This document shows positions 12,960 to 23,810 of a stretch of DNA of 64,000 bases, piece by piece (the first letter of the stretch is position 1; each line of letters begins with the position of its first letter). The DNA is from Chrysemys picta bellii. Its lineage: Eukaryota. The translations under genes were made by a program, and so were the position numbers. The stretch spans positions 23,498,001-23,562,000 of the forward strand of contig NC_088807.1 in the NCBI RefSeq assembly GCF_011386835.1. Direction: 5' to 3'. The notes below the pieces were generated by a model. That model worked only from the letters and a program-made list of their open reading frames with translations, had not been told where the DNA came from and did no database searches.

Positions 12960-15221
12960 GGAGGCATTGAAGCAGAGGGGTTTGGCGCTGGAGCAGAGAG
13001 CAGTTTGGAGGAGTTGAAGGGGAGGGGTTTGGCGCTGGAGCAGAGAGCAGTTCGGAGGCGTTGAAGGGGAGGGGTTTGGCGCTGGAGCAGAGAGCAGTTC
13101 GGAGGAGTTGAAGCGGAGGGGTTTGGCGCTGGAGCAGAGAGCAGTTCGGAGGAGTTGAAGCGGAGGGGTTTGGCGCTGGAGCAGAGAGCAGTTCGGAGGA
13201 GTTGAAGCGGAGGGGTTTGGCGTTGGAGCAGAGAGCAGTTCGGAGGCGTTGAAGCGGAGGGGTTTGGCGCTGGAGCAGAGAGCAGTTTGGAGGAGTTGAA
13301 GCGGAGGGGTTTGGCGCTGGAGCAGAGAGCAGTTTGGAGGAGTTGAAGCGGAGGGGTTTGGCGCTGGAGCAGAGAGCAGTTCGGAGGCGTTGAAGCGGAG
13401 GGGTTTGGCGTTGGAGCAGAGAGCAGTTCGGAGGAGTTGAAGCGGAGGGGTTTGGCGCTGGAGCAGAGAGCAGTTCGCAGGAGTTGAAGGGGAGGGGTTT
13501 GGCGCTGGAGCAGAGAGCAGTTCGCAGGAGTTGAAGGGGAGGGGTTTGGCGCTGGAGCAGAGAGCAGTTCGGAGGAGTTGAAGCGGAGGGGTTTGGCGCT
13601 GGAGCAGAGAGCAGTTCGCAGGAGTTGAAGGGGAGGGGTTTGGCGCTGGAGCAGAGAGCAGTTCGCAGGAGTTGAAGGGGAGGGGTTTGGCGCTGGAGCA
13701 GAGAGCAGTTCGGAGGCGTTGAAGGGGAGGGGTTTGGCGCTGGAGCAGAGAGCAGTTCGGAGGAGTTGAAGCGGAGGGGTTTGGCGTTGGAGCAGAGAGC
13801 AGTTCGGAGGAGTTGAAGCGGAGGGGTTTGGCGCTGGAGCAGAGAGCAGTTCGGAGGAGTTGAAGCGGAGGGGTTTGGCGCTGGAGCAGAGAGCAGTTCG
13901 GAGGAGTTGAAGGGGAGGGGTTTGGCGCTGGAGCAGAGAGCAGTTCGGAGGAGTTGAAGCGGAGGGGTTTGGCGCTGGAGCAGAGAGCAGTTCGGAGGCG
14001 TTGAAGCGGAGGGGTTTGGCGCTGGAGCAGAGAGCAGTTCGGAGGCGTTGAAGCAAAGGGGTTTGGCGTTGGAGCAGAGAGCAGTTCGGAGGAGTTGAAG
14101 CGGAGGGGTTTGGCGCTGGAGCAGAGAGCAGTTCGGAGGAGTTGAAGCGGAGGGGTTTGGGGCTGGAGCAGAGAGCAGTTCGGAGGAGTTGAAGCGGAGG
14201 GGTTTGGCGCTGGAGCAGAGAGCAGTTCGGAGGGGTTGAAGGGGAGGGGTTTGGCGCTGGAGCAGAGAGCAGTTCGGAGGCGTTGAAGCGGAGGGGTTTG
14301 GCGCTGGAGCAGAGAGCAGTTCGGAGGAGTTGAAGCGGAGGGGTTTGGCGCTGGAGCAGAGAGCAGTTCGGAGGAGTTGAAGGGGAGGGGTTTGGCGCTG
14401 GAGCAGAGAGCAGTTCGGAGGAGTTGAAGCGGAGGGGTTTGGCGCTGGAGCAGAGAGCAGTTCGGAGGCGTTGAAGCGGAGGGGTTTGGCGCTGGAGCAG
14501 AGAGCAGTTCGGAGGCGTTGAAGCAAAGGGGTTTGGCGTTGGAGCAGAGAGCAGTTCGGAGGAGTTGAAGCGGAGGGGTTTGGCGCTGGAGCAGAGAGCA
14601 GTTCGGAGGAGTTGAAGCGGAGGGGTTTGGGGCTGGAGCAGAGAGCAGTTCGGAGGAGTTGAAGCGGAGGGGTTTGGCGCTGGAGCAGAGAGCAGTTCGG
14701 AGGGGTTGAAGGGGAGGGGTTTGGCGCTGGAGCAGAGAGCAGTTCGGAGGCGTTGAAGCGGAGGGGTTTGGCGCTGGAGCAGAGAGCAGTTCGGAGGCGT
14801 TGAAGCGGAGGGGTTTGGCGCTGGAGCAGAGAGCAGTTCGGAGGCGTTGAAGCGGAGGGGTTTGGCGGTGGCGCAGAGAGCAGTTCGGAGGGGTTGAAGG
14901 GGAGGGGTTTGGCGCTGGAGCAGAGAGCAGTTCGGAGGAGTTGAAGCGGAGGGATTTGGCGCTGGAGCAGAGAGCAGTTCGGAGGAGTTGAAGGGGAGGG
15001 GTTTGGCGCTGGAGCAGAGAGCAGTTCGGAGGAGTTGAAGCGGAGGGGTTTGGCGCTGGAGCAGAGAGCAGTTCGGAGGCGTTGAAGCGGAGGGGTTTGG
15101 CGCTGGAGCAGAGAGCAGTTCGGAGGCGTTGAAGCAAAGGGGTTTGGCGTTGGAGCAGAGAGCAGTTCGGAGGAGTTGAAGCGGAGGGGTTTGGCGCTGG
15201 AGCAGAGAGCAGTTCGGAGGC
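12960..15221. repeat. 47-bp satellite, left arm (about 48 units)
   Basis: Unit GGAGGAGTTGAAGCGGAGGGGTTTGGCGCTGGAGCAGAGAGCAGTTC; period 47 measured directly (13081 to 13128). Confidence 0.95.
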
Positions 15222-16032
15222 TGTGACGAACTGGGACTGTTCTTGCTGGGGTGTGTGAATGCTGACAGGGGAGTGTGACTAGGATGGTCTGCATCGGGGG
15301 ATGGGAGCCGGCCCAAGGGAACATACCTGAGCTTGTAACATGAGAACCCAGGAGGGGGTTGGAGGTCAGATGACTCCGGGGCCGGGAAACTGAACAAAGG
15401 CTGTGGGAGGGGTCGCTGAGGGCAGGGTGCTGGAAGCAGGCTGGAAGCAGGCTGGAGAGATGGCTGGGAGGCAGAGATGGCTCTGACCCCCCAAGGGGGG
15501 TGGGCTGGCATGCCCTGGGACCCCAAGCTGGACCTAACTGAGGGGGGCCCTGTTGTCTGTGCCTGCAAGACCTGTCTTGGACTGTATTCCTGTCATCCAA
15601 ATAAACCTTCTGCTTTACTGGCTGGCTGAGAGTCATGGTGAATCGCAGGAAGCCGGGGGTGCAGGGCCCTGAGTCCCCCAATACTCCGTGACAACTGGTG
15701 GCAGCGGTGGATCTACTGCACCCCGTGGACGGCGCTTCCTGCAGTAAGTGACTGGGGAGCAGTAAAACGAAGGGGGATTGACGGGGACCAGGCACGCTGA
15801 AGAGTGGGAGAGAGACGGTTATTACCCCTGGGAGTGTGTGACCAGCGAGAAGGACTTTTGCAGTAACAGGGTCCCCCGGGGGGATCGCAGCGAGTGGTCC
15901 CAGGGGCGGAGGAGTCTGCAGCTCGACCCTGGCAGAGAGGTGGTGACCTCGAGAAGGGCTGGCACACTAGGGGTCCCCCTGGGAACTGTGGGGAGCTGTG
16001 AGCACACAGGCCGGTGAGTGGCCAGCAGGAAG

Positions 16033-17781
16033 ATGTATGCCCAGCGGCTTAAGAGCGACCTGGTGGAGCTGTGCAAGCAGAGGCGGCTGCGCGTTGGGAG
16101 GCTCACCAAAGAACAGCTCATTGCCCAGCTGGAGGCGGAAGATCGCGCGAATGAACCGATCCCTGTGTCTCAGGGAAGCAGCCTGGCAAATGCAGCGCAG
16201 GCACCAGTGTCTGTCCCAGCTGGGAGTGGTCAGCCCGCTGCTGAGGGCTTCCCGAGACCCCTCCTTCCTATGCCTAGGGGAAGGGTGGGGAGGAGCCCAG
16301 CAAATACCGAAGGCGCCGTGACCCCCCCGGCCAGCAGGGGGTCCCCCCGGCGAAGCTCGCCGGCCAGCAGAGGATCCTCCCGGCGACGTTCAGCATCCGG
16401 GGAGCGGAATTGGCTGGAATGGGAGAAAGAGCTAAAACTGAGGGAGCTGGAGGATCGTGAACAACAGAGACAGCATGAAGAGAGACAGCGTCAGCATGAA
16501 CGGGAGGAGAAAGAGAGACAGCATCAGCGTGAACGGGAGGAGAATGAGAGACAGAGACAGGAGAATGAGAGACAGAGACAGGAGAATGAGAGACAGCATC
16601 AGCGTGAACTGGAACTGGCGAGATTGAAGGGCAGCGAACCCCCGGCTGCGGTGAGTGAGGGGGGACCCAGGACTGCACGGAGCTTTGATAAGTGCATCAT
16701 GGCCCCATACAAGGAGGGGGAGGACATGGATGACTTCCTGGAGGCCTTTGAGACGGCCTGCGAGCTGCACCGGGTTGATCCCGCGGACAGACTCCGGGTC
16801 CTTACCCCCTTACTGGACCCCAAATCCGTGGCATTGTACCGCCAACTGGGAGAGGCAGAGAAAGGGGACTACGAACTATTCAAAAAGGCCCTGCTACGAG
16901 AGTTTGGGCTGACTCCTGAGATGTACCGGGAAAGGTTCCGGAGTCAAGATAAAGCCCCTGAGATCTCCTATTTGCAACTAGCCGTCCGCATGGAAAGATA
17001 CGCCAGCAAGTGGGCTGGCGGGGCCCAGACGAAGGAGGACCTGATTAAACTGCTGGTACTGGAGCAACTGTATGAGCGGTGCCCATCCGACCTGAGGCTG
17101 TGGTTGGTGGACAGAAAGCCAGAGAACCCGCGACACGCAGGGCAGCTGGCTGATGAGTTTGTAAAGAGCCGGGCAGGGGGTGGCAGGGAGGAGCCCCAAA
17201 GGAACAGGCCCGCCGCGATGCAGAGAGAGAGTCACCCTGGGACCTCCCAAAGAGGGAATATGGGGAATCCCCTCCCACGGGGAATGCCCAGCGTCAGGGA
17301 CAACCGACCGGCTCGAGGGGACCCACAGGACATGAGCTGCTATTACTGCGGCCGAAGAGGCCACGTTCGGGCCCAGTGCCCCAAGCTCAAGGACAGACTG
17401 AGCAGACCGAACCCGCATAGGGTTAACTTGGTAGAGGCCCAGACGGACGAGGGGCAGGCTTCTCACGCAAGAGGGGCTGGCAGCTTATCAACTGCTCAAG
17501 AGAGAGAAGGGCCCCAGGCCAGCTCCTCTAGGGGGCTGGATGCCCCAGACTCAGGGTTTTTGGTTTATACGGTGGGCGCGGGGCTGTCCCTCCGGAGAGA
17601 GTACCTTGTTCCCCTGGAGGTGGATGGGAGGAAGGTCAATGGATACTGGGATACGGGCGCAGAGGTGACGCTGGCCCGGCCCGAGGTGGTGGCCCCAGAT
17701 CAGGTGGTGCCCAACTCCTACCTGACCCTGACGGGGTGGGCGGAACACCAGTCAAAGTGCCCGTGGCAAGGGTACACCTGA
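16033..17781 (+). CDS. retrotransposon Gag (SCAN-like capsid, CCHC knuckle) plus start of aspartic protease
   Basis: SCAN-like TPEMYRERFR...LEQLYERCP...WLVDRKP, knuckle CYYCGRRGHVRAQC, protease YWDTGAEVTL; the protease continues in the -1 frame from about 17736. Confidence 0.85.
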   Translation: MYAQRLKSDLVELCKQRRLRVGRLTKEQLIAQLEAEDRANEPIPVSQGSSLANAAQAPVSVPAGSGQPAAEGFPRPLLPMPRGRVGRSPANTEGAVTPPASRGSPRRSSPASRGSSRRRSASGERNWLEWEKELKLRELEDREQQRQHEERQRQHEREEKERQHQREREENERQRQENERQRQENERQHQRELELARLKGSEPPAAVSEGGPRTARSFDKCIMAPYKEGEDMDDFLEAFETACELHRVDPADRLRVLTPLLDPKSVALYRQLGEAEKGDYELFKKALLREFGLTPEMYRERFRSQDKAPEISYLQLAVRMERYASKWAGGAQTKEDLIKLLVLEQLYERCPSDLRLWLVDRKPENPRHAGQLADEFVKSRAGGGREEPQRNRPAAMQRESHPGTSQRGNMGNPLPRGMPSVRDNRPARGDPQDMSCYYCGRRGHVRAQCPKLKDRLSRPNPHRVNLVEAQTDEGQASHARGAGSLSTAQEREGPQASSSRGLDAPDSGFLVYTVGAGLSLRREYLVPLEVDGRKVNGYWDTGAEVTLARPEVVAPDQVVPNSYLTLTGWAEHQSKCPWQGYT

Positions 17782-18773
17782 AGTGGGGGGCCAAGGAGGG
17801 CCCCAAGGATGTGGGGGTACACCCGTATTTGCCCACTGAGGTATTGATGGGGGGGGACCTGGAGAACTGGCCAAGCAACCCCCAAAAGGCACTGGTTGTG
17901 ACCCGCAGTCAGAGCCGGCGAGGGGCCCTGCGCCCTGGCCTTGGGGGGGGTGCCTTGCCTGAGGCGCAGGACCCTAACCTGGTGGGGAGGGAACGCCCAG
18001 GGACGCGGCTCAGGGAGGCTGCAGCTTCGGACCCAGCGGGCGAGAAAGAGCAGGTGGCCATCCCTGTCCCAGCTGCTGAGTTCCAGGCCGAGTTACAGAG
18101 AGACCCCTCCTTGCGGAAGATAAGGGACCTGGCCGACCTCAATGCGGTACAGACCATGGAACGAGGTGGCCGGAAAAGGTTCCTGTGGGAGAAGGGGTTC
18201 CTGTACCGAGAATGGGCTCCCCCAGGGAAAATGGAGTCAGGGGGGATCAGGAGGCAGCTGGTGGTACCCCAGAAGTATCGCCGCCAGCTGCTGTGCCGGG
18301 CCCATGACATTCCCCTCTCAGGGCACCAGGGAACCTGGCGTACCCAGCAGAGGCTGCTACGGAGCTTTTACTGGCCTGGGGTCTTTGTTACTGTCCGACA
18401 GTACTGCGGATCCTGTGACCCCTGTCAGAGGGGGAGGAAGGCCTGGGACAAGGGGAAAAGAGCTTTAGGACCCTTGCCCAGCATAGAGGAGCCTTTCCGG
18501 AGGGTGGCCAAGGTAAAAAGGGCGGCTCTGAACCAAGAGAGCCCAAAGCACAGACCTCCAGACTGGAGCGCTGGGAGAAGACCACAGCCCAGTTGGAACC
18601 CCAGAGGTATGGGGGTGGGAAAAGGGCACAGGCCGCATAAACCTTCCCACAGGCGAACTGCGAGTGCCATCAAGCACCCCCGACCTAAGGGGGGGCGTGG
18701 AACGGAAGGGGCCTGGTGTAACTCCCACCAAGGAACTGGAGGGATGCGGGGGCATCCATGGGAACGGGGGTAG
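17736..18773 (+). pseudogene. pol remnant: end of protease and integrase H2C2 zinc-binding domain only
   Basis: LVVPQKYRRQLLCRAHDIPLSGHQG...YCGSCDPCQR; no RT, RNase H or integrase DDE core recognisable before the 3' LTR. Confidence 0.8.
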
Positions 18774-19311
18774 GTTCGAACTTCCCCGGGTCACTGGCTA
18801 AAGTGACCCTGCTCAGTTCGGTCTCGAAGGGGGGAGAGATGTGACGAACTGGGACTGTTCTTGCTGGGGTGTGTGAATGCTGACAGGGGAGTGTGACTAG
18901 GATGGTCTGCATCGGGGGATGGGAGCCGGCCCAAGGGAACATACCTGAGCTTGTAACATGAGAACCCAGGAGGGGGTTGGAGGTCAGATGACTCCGGGGC
19001 CGGGAAACTGAACAAAGGCTGTGGGAGGGGTCGCTGAGGGCAGGGTGCTGGAAGCAGGCTGGAAGGAGGCTGGAGAGATGGCTGGGAGGCAGAGATGGCT
19101 CTGACCCCCCAAGGGGGGTGGGCTGGCATGCCCTGGGACCCCAAGCTGGACCTAACTGAGGGGGGCCCTGTTGTCTGTGCCTGCAAGACCTGTCTTGGAC
19201 TGTATTCCTGTCATCCAAATAAACCTTCTGCTTTACTGGCTGGCTGAGAGTCATGGTGAATCGCAGGAAGCCGGGGGTGCAGGGCCCTGAGTCCCCCAAT
19301 ACTCCGTGACA

Positions 19312-22300
19312 GAGGCGTTGAAGCGGAGGGGTTTGGCGTTGGAGCAGAGAGCATTTCGGAGGAGTTGAAGCGGAGGGGTTTGGCGCTGGAGCAGAGAGCA
19401 GTTCGCAGGAGTTGAAGGGGAGGGGTTTGGCGCTGGAGCAGAGAGCAGTTCGGAGGCGTTGAAGGGGAGGGGTTTGGCGCTGGAGCAGAGAGCAGTTCGG
19501 AGGAGTTGAAGCGGAGGGGTTTGGCGTTGGAGCAGAGAGCAGTTCGGAGGAGTTGAAGCGGAGGGGTTTGGCGCTGGAGCAGAGAGCAGTTCGGAGGAGT
19601 TGAAGCGGAGGGGTTTGGCGCTGGAGCAGAGAGCAGTTCGGAGGAGTTGAAGGGGAGGGGTTTGGCGCTGGAGCAGAGAGCAGTTCGGAGGAGTTGAAGC
19701 GGAGGGGTTTGGCGCTGGAGCAGAGAGCAGTTCGGAGGCGTTGAAGCGGAGGGGTTTGGCGCTGGAGCAGAGAGCAGTTCGGAGGCGTTGAAGCAAAGGG
19801 GTTTGGCGTTGGAGCAGAGAGCAGTTCGGAGGAGTTGAAGCGGAGGGGTTTGGCGCTGGAGCAGAGAGCAGTTCGGAGGAGTTGAAGCGGAGGGGTTTGG
19901 GGCTGGAGCAGAGAGCAGTTCGGAGGAGTTGAAGCGGAGGGGTTTGGCGCTGGAGCAGAGAGCAGTTCGGAGGGGTTGAAGGGGAGGGGTTTGGCGCTGG
20001 AGCAGAGAGCAGTTCGGAGGCGTTGAAGCGGAGGGGTTTGGCGCTGGAGCAGAGAGCAGTTCGGAGGCGTTGAAGCGGAGGGGTTTGGCGCTGGAGCAGA
20101 GAGCAGTTCGGAGGCGTTGAAGCGGAGGGGTTTGGCGGTGGCGCAGAGAGCAGTTCGGAGGGGTTGAAGGGGAGGGGTTTGGCGCTGGAGCAGAGAGCAG
20201 TTCGGAGGAGTTGAAGCGGAGGGGTTTGGCGCTGGAGCAGAGAGCAGTTCGGAGGAGTTGAAGGGGAGGGGTTTGGCGCTGGAGCAGAGAGCAGTTCGGA
20301 GGAGTTGAAGCGGAGGGGTTGGCGCTGGAGCAGAGAGCAGTTCGGAGGCGTTGAAGCGGAGGGGTTTGGCGCTGGAGCAGAGAGCAGTTCGGAGGCGTTG
20401 AAGCAAAGGGGTTTGGCGTTGGAGCAGAGAGCAGTTCGGAGGAGTTGAAGCGGAGGGGTTTGGCGCTGGAGCAGAGAGCAGTTCGGAGGGGTTGAAGGGG
20501 AGGGGTTTGGCGCTGGAGCAGAGAGCAGTTCGGAGGCGTTGAAGCGGAGGGGTTTGGCGCTGGAGCAGAGAGCAGTTCGGAGGCGTTGAAGCGGAGGGGT
20601 TTGGCGCTGGAGCAGAGAGCAGTTCGGAGGCGTTGAAGCGGAGGGGTTTGGCGCTGGAGCAGAGAGCAGTTCGGAGGCGTTGAAGCGGAGGGGTTTGGCG
20701 CTGGAGCAGAGAGCAGTTCGGAGGGGTTGAAGCGGAGGGGTTTGGCGCTGGAGCAGAGAGCAGTTCGGAGGAGTTGAAGGGGAGGGGTTTGGCGTTGGAG
20801 CAGAGAGCAGTTCGGAGGAGTTGAAGCGGAGGGGTTTGGCGCTGGAGCAGAGAGCAGTTCGGAGGCGTTGAAGCGGAGGGGTTTGGCGCTGGAGCAGAGA
20901 GCAGTTCGGAGGCGTTGAAGCGGAGGGGTTTGGCGCTGGAGCAGAGAGCAGTTAGGAGGCGTTGAAGCGGAGGGGTTTGGCGCTGGAGCAGAGAGCAGTT
21001 AGGAGGCGTTGAAGCGGAGGGGTTTGGCGCTGGAGCAGAGAGCAGTTAGGAGGCGTTGAAGCGGAGGGGTTTGGCGCTGGAGCAGAGAGCAGTTCGGAGG
21101 CGTTGAAGCGGAGGGGTTTGGCGCTGGAGCAGAGAGCAGTTCGGAGGCGTTGAAGCGGAGGGGTTTGGCGCTGGAGCAGAGAGCAGTTCGGAGGCGTTGA
21201 AGCGGAGGGGTTTGGCGCTGGAGCAGAGAGCAGTTCGGAGGCGTTGAAGCGGAGGGGTTTGGCGCTGGAGCAGAGAGCAGTTCGGAGGCGTTGAAGCGGA
21301 GGGGTTTGGCGCTGGAGCAGAGAGCAGTTCGGAGGCGTTGAAGCGGAGGGGTTTGGCGCTGGAGCAGAGAGCAGTTCGGAGGCGTTGAAGCGGAGGGGTT
21401 TGGCGCTGGAGCAGAGAGCAGTTCGGAGGAGTTGAAGGGGAGGGGTTTGGCGTTGGAGCAGAGAGCAGTTCGGAGGAGTTGAAGCGGAGGGGTTTGGCGC
21501 TGGAGCGGAGAGCAGTTCGGAGGAGTTGAAGCGGAGGGGTTTGGCGCTGGAGCGGAGAGCAGTTCGGAGGCGTTGAAGCGGAGGGGTTTGGCGCTGGAGC
21601 AGAGAGCAGTTAGGAGGCGTTGAAGGGGAGGGGTTTGGCGCTGGAGCAGAGAGCAGTTTGGAGGCGTTGAAGCGGAGGGGTTTGGCGCTGGAGCAGAGAG
21701 CAGTTCGGAGGAGTTGAAGCGGAGGGGTTTGGCGCTGGAGCAGAGAGCAGTTCGGAGGCGTTGAAGCGGAGGGGTTTGGCGTTGGAGCAGAGAGCAGTTC
21801 GGAGGCGTTGAAGCGGAGGGGTTTGGCGTTGGAGCAGAGAGCAGTTTGGAGGAGTTGAAGCGGAGGGGTTTGGCGTTGGAGCAGAGAGCAGTTTGGAGGA
21901 GTTGAAGCGGAGGGGTTTGGCGCTGGAGCAGAGAGCAGTTTGGAGGAGTTGAAGCGGAGGGGTTTGGGGCTGGAGCAGAGAGCAGTTTGGAGGCGTTGAA
22001 GCGGAGGGGTTTGGCGCTGGAGCAGAGAGCAGTTCGGAGGAGTTGAAGCGGAGGGGTTTGGCGCTGGAGCAGAGAGCAGTTCGGAGGAGTTGAAGCGGAG
22101 GGGTTTGGCGCTGGAGCAGAGAGCAGTTTGGAGGCGTTGAAGCGGAGGGGTTTGGCGGTGGCGCAGAGAGCAGTTCGGAGGGGTTGAAGCGGAGGGGTTT
22201 GGGGCTGGAGCAGAGAGCAGTTCGGAGGAGTTGAAGCGGAGGGGTTTGGCGCTGGAGCAGAGAGCAGTTTGGAGGCGTTGAAGCAAAGGGGTTTGGCGCT

Positions 22301-22650
22301 GGAGCAGAGAGTATTTCGGAGGCGTTGAAGCGGAGGGGTTTGGCGCTGGAGCAGAGAGCAGTTTGGAGGAGTTGAAGCAGAGGGGTTTGGCGCTGGAGCA
22401 GAGAGCAGTTTGGAGGCGTTGAAGCGGAGGGGTTTGGCGGTGGCGCAGAGAGCAGTTCGGAGGCGTTGAAGCGGAGGGGTTTGGCGCTGGAGCAGAGAGC
22501 AGTTTGGAGGAGTTGAAGCGGAGGGGTTTGGCGTTGGAGCAGAGAGCAGTTTGGAGGAGTTGAAGCGGAGGGGTTTGGCGTTGGAGCAGAGAGCAGTTCG
22601 GAGGAGTTGAAGCGGAGGGGTTTGGCGCTGGAGCAGAGAGCAGTTTGGAG
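19312..22650. repeat. 47-bp satellite, right arm (about 71 units)
   Basis: Same unit as the left arm, resumes in register after the TSD GAGGC. Confidence 0.95.
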
Positions 22651-23810
22651 GAGAGCAGTTTGGAGGGAAGCAGAGGAGACTTTGGAGAAATGCTGTGGTG
22701 GGGCCAGAAGACCAAGACTCTAGGTAAAGGGAAACCCGGCTTGTGCAGAGCCGAGGGACTCCACAGGCAGAAGGGATTGGGAGAAACCTTGCCCAAGCAG
22801 AGAGAGGGCAGGAAGCCCCCCATACTGAAGGACTGGAGAGGGAAGGAGCGCAAGGGAAGGAATCGCTGGCTCAGGTGTTTGCCGCTATCCCTAGGGCCCC
22901 TGGGCTGGGACCTGGAGTAGGGGGCGGGGCCGGGTCCCTCCCTCTTCAAACTCCCCTTCTCTGGGATACTAGTAGGACAGTTAATACCCCAGATCAGGGG
23001 CGAGAAACGACGCCCTGAACCAACCCGCAAGAAGAGAAACCGTGGGACCCATCAGAGTAGTGCTGGCAATTTGCCACATCAGAATCTGTCTTTTGCAGCT
23101 AATAAACTTGTTTTTGTTGTCTCTAAAACCAATTTGTGGAATTTGTAACTGGGGGGCGAAACGCTGTGCGGATCTTCCTCCCCATTGCGGGAGGGGGCGG
23201 ATTTCCGGAGCTTGCGCTGTGCAGGTCTCTGTGCAACACAATTTGGGGTTTGCACCCCAGAGGGGGTGAGCACTGGGGTGCTGGGCTATTCCCTAGCTGA
23301 AGGCTTCCCACGCAGAGCTGATCTCCGTGTCTGTCTTTCTGCGGCTGGGCGTGTCCCTACCTGCGTGGGCTGGAGGAGGCTTGAGGGCCTGGCTTAGCAG
23401 GACAGGGTGAGGGAGCCCAGGCTGGTGGAACAGGCGGGCTCAGTGGTACCCCAGTACATCACGTGGCACCCCGCAGTGGGGGAGGCGACTCGTCACAGAC
23501 CCCACTCACCTCCCGGAGCTGGACTCGAACCCAGGAGTCCTGGCTCCCAGCCCCACGCCCCTCCGCTCTAACCATTCAACAGATGGAGACGGTCCCATCA
23601 CTCAGGACACTCCTATGAGAAGTTGTCCGATGTAGGTTATTGGCTGCTCCGTGTGGGGCTCTGAATCCCGCCAGCCCAGCTCCAATCGCCCCCGATCTCC
23701 CCAGCGCAGCCCGCACCAGCCGGGGGTCCCAGGTGCCCACTCCTCGGCCGACCAGCCAGGTCCTGGTGAGTGGATCCCAATGGCAGCCTGTGGCCACCGG
23801 CTGAGCTCCT

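Larger units (their letters stand above)
15222..19311 (+). mobile_element. Ty3/Gypsy (Gmr1-like, SCAN-containing) LTR retrotransposon, internally deleted
   Basis: LTRs 15222-15693 and 18840-19311 (472 bp each, one mismatch seen), TSD GAGGC, tRNA-Leu-type primer site TGGTGGCAGCGGTGG at about 15696, polypurine tract before 18840. Confidence 0.95.

Noticed and set aside
17725-17760. Programmed -1 frameshift between gag and pol
   Set aside because: The shift falls inside the protease, there is no slippery heptamer, and one extra G in GGGG restores LTGVGGTPVKVP
12960-22650. CRISPR array
   Set aside because: Head-to-tail units with no unique spacers, no cas genes, vertebrate context
12693-23030. 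Long ORFs of 573-949 aa as real proteins
   Set aside because: They are translations of the 47-bp satellite (47-aa period in all three minus frames), with no start context or domain
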